64,000 bases of DNA from Bacteroidales bacterium. Its GTDB lineage: Bacteria > Bacteroidota > Bacteroidia > Bacteroidales > UBA12077. The position numbers were made by a program, and so were the translations under genes. Below the pieces are notes generated by a model. The model saw only the letters and a program-made list of their open reading frames with translations, was not told the origin of the DNA and did not search any database. Below, one piece after another: positions 59,453 to 64,000 of the stretch (position 1 is the first letter of the stretch; each line of letters opens with the position of its first letter). The stretch lies in the NCBI GenBank assembly GCA_028282585.1, contig JANQHR010000126.1:1-64000 (forward strand). The letters run 5' to 3'.

Positions 59453-60364
59453 TTACAACTGTATTACATTATTACGAACTTCAACAGTTTTTTCTATAAT
59501 CTTAAATAATGTTTCATTCGAGATTTCAATATACTGTTTGTCGTTTTGTTTAATAACCAACATCCCATCTTCTTCAACTGCCTCTGGTTCTCCCTTTTCG
59601 TAAGTTATTGTAACTTCTTTGTAAAGTTCTTGTATTTCTGCTAACTGATCAATTAGTTCTTTAAATTTTGGATCTCGTTCATAGTTTTTAAGTAATAACA
59701 TCAAATTACTTAAAATGATTTTTTGTTCTCCGATCTTTTCCGAAAGTTCAGCATTTGGTGATTCCTTAATAACTTCGCTTAACAAATACATACTTTCAAT
59801 CCAAACTCCGGCTACAATTAGTGAACTTAAATTACTTCGGTTATTTTCTCTTAAATAACGATCCATTTGATTAAAATTTTGCACAGAAATGTACATCAAC
59901 GAATCAAGATTTTGATTATTTGTAGCTAATCTTTTGAGTGTTGTGAAGTCAAAGAACTGTCCAACTCGTATTTCATCTGCAAGAGTTTTAATAGCGGATA
60001 TATAGTCAATTACTCCTCCAGTTTTATTATACATATTTTGATAACCTAAATCAGCGCCAAATATACCTAAACTAAGAGCTTGTTTAAAGCTTGTATTATA
60101 GCTGTCAACATAATCGGTAGTTGCGAGATAATCTTTAGAATAAGGTACTCCGACTGCTTTAATTAATGCGGCAATTTCAACCGGAGATGAAATATTTTGT
60201 ACAATTTCATCAATCGCCTGTTCTGAAATTTCTAAATCACCTTCATATATCACAGAATCAGGAACTTCAAATTCTTTTGAGAAGTCTGTATCCTTTGATT
60301 TATCAGAACGACAAGCTGCAAAAATTAATAAAGGTAATAATATGTATATCAATCTTTTGCTCAT
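59453..60364 (-). CDS. Hypothetical alpha-helical lipoprotein
   Basis: From ATG 60364: MSKRLIYILLPLLIFAA-C lipobox; TAAATTTG promoter motif at 60395-60402 (minus). Confidence 0.78.
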   Translation of the reverse strand: MSKRLIYILLPLLIFAACRSDKSKDTDFSKEFEVPDSVIYEGDLEISEQAIDEIVQNISSPVEIAALIKAVGVPYSKDYLATTDYVDSYNTSFKQALSLGIFGADLGYQNMYNKTGGVIDYISAIKTLADEIRVGQFFDFTTLKRLATNNQNLDSLMYISVQNFNQMDRYLRENNRSNLSSLIVAGVWIESMYLLSEVIKESPNAELSEKIGEQKIILSNLMLLLKNYERDPKFKELIDQLAEIQELYKEVTITYEKGEPEAVEEDGMLVIKQNDKQYIEISNETLFKIIEKTVEVRNNVIQL

Positions 60365-60445
60365 AGTCAATTGTGTTGATTTCCAATTATATTGCAAATT
60401 TAACATATCACATAAAGATATAAAAATATTCAATATCACGAAATA

Positions 60446-63400
60446 TTATTTTTTAATCTTAACCTTTTCGAGAAGATCAAGTAGTTTCTTTATCTTAATT
60501 TTTTCAGGTAAATCCAAAAGCTTTTTCAGCCATTCATAATAAAGTGCTACATAGAAAAATAGTGTCATTACCCAAATAAAAATGAGATTAAACCAATAAG
60601 TATCATGATATGCTCCGGCAAAGTACTTTCTTGGGGCATAAAAGTGCGATCTAAAATTAAAGAATCCTTCAATGTCAGGGTCTCTATAAATTGGATCTAC
60701 TTGTTGTACAAGTTCATCTTTATACTGAATAATTTTATTTTTTTCAAAAACCTTTTTTACTTGATCCTCGACGCTCTCGTTATGAAAAGCGTTTCTTTTC
60801 ATTCGATATAATTCAGGGTTAGTTTTTAGAAGATATCGAATAATATTTTCTTTCTCATTATTAGCTTTTTGGAATATCATTCCATAATAAGAATATAACT
60901 TCTCAAGAAACTCATTGGTTTTACCCAATACCAATTCGTTGAAATTAGAAGTATCTAACTGATGAGCAACTTCAAAAGGAATACCAGTTCTGGTTTCTTC
61001 TTTTGGTAGTTCTGTTTTAAGCAATCGAAGATCTCTTGTAATTTTTTCCTTTACTTCCGGATCTGTATCAAATTTATACCAATTATCTTCCATATATTCA
61101 ACTCGCTTTTCAAGTTCAGGAAGATAGTAGACCTGTTTAAAGTCGGCATTACTTTCACGCTTCTCTATTTCGTAAAAATTCTTTTCAAATTTATTATTTT
61201 TAAACTGATTTACCATTAAAGCTTCAAATGACCATTTTGTTGGCATAAATTCAGCAACTAAAGGTACTTTCTTTACACTACCTATCGCTCTATTCATTTT
61301 ATCGAATGGAAACATTGCCCCACTTAATATCATCATAGGAATCATTAGTAATGGAATCAAAATATATATGGTTACAGCCGAATTAAAGGATGCTGACACA
61401 TTTAAACCCATCATATTCGCAAATGCAGCGGTAGTAAAAAGGGCAAACCAATATTCAAAAGTCATCGCTCGAATTCCTAAAATATTGTTTGCGATAAGTA
61501 CAAAAAATATGGATTGTATCGCTGATATAGTAAATAAAATAAATATTTTCGAAATCAAATAACTGGATCTACTTAAATTTAAAAAGGCTTCTCGTTTTAA
61601 AATTTTCCTATCCCGGAAAATTTCTTCGGCACTAACCGTTAAGCCTAGGAACAGGGCTACAATTAGCCCCATGAATATATATATATGGATGTTTTCGTTT
61701 TCTCTAAAAATATAAACCTTTGAGTTAGGATCGGCAATATAGCGAATAATATAAGAAAGAATAAATCCTAAAATTGGTGATTCAAGTAAGTTAAGCGCAA
61801 TATATTGTTTATTGCTTATTTTAGACAAGAAATCTCTAATAGTATAGATTTTTAATTGTCTTAACCATGAAGGGATTTTTAAGGTAGAAGGAGGAGGATC
61901 TTTAACCTCTTCCACTTCTTCCATTTTTATATTTTCTTTAAAATTTTCTTCCCATTTTACAGGTGAAATTTTCCTTTTTGGAGTGTACTTTCCGTATTCG
62001 TCAACTACTTTGGCTTCTATAATGTTAAAAATAAGTTCTGGATTAACATTACCACAAGTAGGACATTCTCCAACATCACTGTTAATTTGAGCATCTAGCC
62101 TTTTAAAATACATAACTCCTTCAACAGGGTTTCCATAATAAATCATATAGCCGCCTGTATCAAGAATTATCATATTATCAAACATTTTATAAATGTCTGA
62201 CGATGGTTGGTGTATTACCACAAAAATAAGTTTTCCTTTAAGAGCAAGTTCTCTTAAGAGGTCCATAACATTTTCTGAATCTCTTGATGAAAGTCCTGAG
62301 GTCGGTTCATCAACTAATAAAATAGATGGTTCACGTATTAACTCTAAAGCGATATTAAGTCTTTTTCTTTGTCCACCACTAATCATTTTGTTCATTGGTG
62401 AACCTACTTTTAAGTCCTTACGCTCATATAATCCAAGATTTGTTAAAGTTTTGTTTACTAGTTCAACGATTTCTTCTTCAGTTTTATCGTTGAAACATAA
62501 TTTTGCATTATAATATAAATTTTGAAAAACTGTTAATTCTTCAATCAATAAGTCATCTTGAGGAATATAGCCAATTACTCCTTCAAGCTTTTCTTTTTCT
62601 TTATGAAGATTAACCCCATTAATTAGTATTTCACCCGAAGTTGGTTCGTTTAAACCTGTAAGAACATTAAGCAAAGTTGTTTTCCCAGCTCCACTAGCAC
62701 CCATTAGACCAATGAGTTTACCTTGGTCTTCGGAGAAACTAATATTTCTTAATCCAACTCCACCATTTGGAAATACATAGCCAATATTTTCAGCAGTATA
62801 AGAAATCCGCGTCGTGGTGCTATCTGCAAGATAATGAGCAACAACATCACTGTAATATATAGGTTTTCCTTTAGGAAGCTTTATAGTCCCTCCGCTCGCA
62901 AATAGGTAGATTCGGTTGTTATTAACTGGTAAGCCATTCAAAAATAAGTCTTCATTTCCAGTGTAACGCATAAAGTAAAGGTCAACACTTTTAACCTGAA
63001 GGATAAATAGGTTTCCACCCAAAGCTTCAACCTGAATATGTTTGGCTTCTTTACTCTGATTTTTCCGATCGTTTATGATTAAATTTCCTGGATTATCAAT
63101 TTCTGTAATTTCATTATGAATTACAAAGCTTTCGATATTTCTAAATTCGTCGCGGGTAAGTTTAAATACTTCAGAAACCGTATGAATGATGGCCATTCGT
63201 TGTTCTGAGAACTTTCTATCTGCATTTACTAACTCAAAAAGTCTTACCAGAACAATAATTTTCTGTTTTTGGGTAAGTGTTTTATTAATCTTTTTACAGA
63301 TTCCCAAGATTCTTACAGAATCCTTAACAGAAGTTAATTTTACCTTATCACTTTTTCCTGAATTGTCATTTAATCCGGCTTTTTCATCAAAAAGAGCCAT

Positions 63401-63541
63401 ATATTCAGGAATAGCTTCATCATTTAATTGCTGAGTTAAGAAATTTTGCACATATTCCCTTTCGCTGGATTCAACCCCTTCGTCTTGTTTTGCTATAATG
63501 GCAAACAATTGCATAAGGGCTTTTAAAATCTCTTCACTCAT
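60446..63541 (-). CDS. Fused ABC transporter of ABCG/White type (NBD before TMD) with a TerB-like N-terminal domain
   Basis: GASGAGKTT, PQDD, ISGGQRKRLNIA, VDEPTSGL, VIHQP, CPTCG..NPE, ABC2-type TMD. Confidence 0.85.
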   Translation of the reverse strand: MSEEILKALMQLFAIIAKQDEGVESSEREYVQNFLTQQLNDEAIPEYMALFDEKAGLNDNSGKSDKVKLTSVKDSVRILGICKKINKTLTQKQKIIVLVRLFELVNADRKFSEQRMAIIHTVSEVFKLTRDEFRNIESFVIHNEITEIDNPGNLIINDRKNQSKEAKHIQVEALGGNLFILQVKSVDLYFMRYTGNEDLFLNGLPVNNNRIYLFASGGTIKLPKGKPIYYSDVVAHYLADSTTTRISYTAENIGYVFPNGGVGLRNISFSEDQGKLIGLMGASGAGKTTLLNVLTGLNEPTSGEILINGVNLHKEKEKLEGVIGYIPQDDLLIEELTVFQNLYYNAKLCFNDKTEEEIVELVNKTLTNLGLYERKDLKVGSPMNKMISGGQRKRLNIALELIREPSILLVDEPTSGLSSRDSENVMDLLRELALKGKLIFVVIHQPSSDIYKMFDNMIILDTGGYMIYYGNPVEGVMYFKRLDAQINSDVGECPTCGNVNPELIFNIIEAKVVDEYGKYTPKRKISPVKWEENFKENIKMEEVEEVKDPPPSTLKIPSWLRQLKIYTIRDFLSKISNKQYIALNLLESPILGFILSYIIRYIADPNSKVYIFRENENIHIYIFMGLIVALFLGLTVSAEEIFRDRKILKREAFLNLSRSSYLISKIFILFTISAIQSIFFVLIANNILGIRAMTFEYWFALFTTAAFANMMGLNVSASFNSAVTIYILIPLLMIPMMILSGAMFPFDKMNRAIGSVKKVPLVAEFMPTKWSFEALMVNQFKNNKFEKNFYEIEKRESNADFKQVYYLPELEKRVEYMEDNWYKFDTDPEVKEKITRDLRLLKTELPKEETRTGIPFEVAHQLDTSNFNELVLGKTNEFLEKLYSYYGMIFQKANNEKENIIRYLLKTNPELYRMKRNAFHNESVEDQVKKVFEKNKIIQYKDELVQQVDPIYRDPDIEGFFNFRSHFYAPRKYFAGAYHDTYWFNLIFIWVMTLFFYVALYYEWLKKLLDLPEKIKIKKLLDLLEKVKIKK

Positions 63542-63578
63542 AATTTAAAATATATGATAATAAAAGGTAAGCTGATAA

Positions 63579-63959
63579 TTATAAGGTATAACTTACTTGC
63601 TCAAAAGGAACATCAACGATATCTGCATATTCTTCACCTGCTTCTTCCATATCTTCATCATCTTCCGGGAAATACCACTTAATTAGAACACTCTTTCCAT
63701 TTTCATGCATTTCTTCTAGCTTCATTAAAATATCAAGAATTAATTTTGAAGATGCAGTGTTGAAATATACTAATTTAAAGGAAAATACTGTTTGGTCATT
63801 TGCCTCTTCCTGATAATCTTCCAGCCAATTTAAGATAGGCTCATAAAAAGTTGTTACGTCTTCAGGAAGCGATCTGCCTGAAATTTCAAAAATCCCATTT
63901 TCTTTGTCTAGAATAATGGTAGGAGTATCGTCAGTACCTTTAATCTTTATTACTTCCAT
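63579..63959 (-). CDS. SiaC family (DUF1987) regulatory phosphoprotein
   Basis: T.DTP.I, ISGRSLPED...FY.P...W, YFNTASSK, W....DEDM.E.GEE. Confidence 0.88.
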   Translation of the reverse strand: MEVIKIKGTDDTPTIILDKENGIFEISGRSLPEDVTTFYEPILNWLEDYQEEANDQTVFSFKLVYFNTASSKLILDILMKLEEMHENGKSVLIKWYFPEDDEDMEEAGEEYADIVDVPFEQVSYTL

Positions 63960-63973
63960 GATATAATTATAAT

Positions 63974-64000
63974 TTATGCGTTTCTTGAAATTGAAGATGT
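63974..64000 (-). CDS. Probable 3' end of an upstream gene truncated by the window edge
   Basis: Minus-strand frame TSSISRNA-stop ends 14 nt before the SiaC start; too short to identify. Confidence 0.3.
   Translation of the reverse strand, partial: TSSISRNA

Noticed and set aside
60446-60530. Duplicated 12-aa C-terminus KKLLDLPEKIKI/KKLLDLLEKVKI of the ABC transporter
   Set aside because: Real but diverged at the nucleotide level, with no functional inference supportable
900-63434. The many 60-150 aa ORFs in the track that overlap identified genes (e.g. 900-1094, 7929-8246, 21075-21455, 57342-57782, 62193-62513)
   Set aside because: Antisense or alternate-frame shadows of well-supported genes with no recognisable motifs
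60446-63541. ABC transporter as the lasso peptide exporter
   Set aside because: 8 kb away beyond purD, ABCG-type rather than the ABCB-type peptide exporters of lasso clusters, and in its own SiaC-linked operon

Overview
AT-rich (roughly 30% GC by eye) chromosomal segment of a Bacteroidota bacterium, probably Bacteroidales/Marinilabiliales-like. The assignment rests on TAnnTTTG -7 promoter motifs, T9SS cargo proteins, single-subunit GlyRS and the ftsX-DUF3098-uppP-truB-queA order. Most of the window is housekeeping: greA, HIT, tonB, hflX, asd, punA, lpxK, nadB, glyS, ftsX, uppP, truB, queA, udg, rplM-rpsI-rpsB-tsf and purD. A ~14 kb surface-glycan modification locus (16.3-30.1 kb) carries YfhO, glycosyltransferases, methyltransferases, a sulfotransferase, a flippase, a deacetylase and wecB. 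The standout is a complete, divergently arranged lasso-peptide (RiPP) cluster at 46.4-52.3 kb: cyclase, RRE (B1), B2 peptidase, HPr-type kinase, sulfotransferase and nucleotidyltransferase. It includes a 52-aa precursor absent from the ORF track (52100-52258, predicted core GGTFSGYAEGVTYNGTAS), and a large T9SS-secreted SprB-repeat protein follows 12 nt later. The right end carries an uncharacterised module of SiaC, an ABCG-like transporter and a lipoprotein. Short GC-rich repeat elements occur both between genes and in-frame in the rpsB tail. No rRNA, tRNA, CRISPR array or transposase was seen. All family assignments come from motif recognition by eye, not from database searches.
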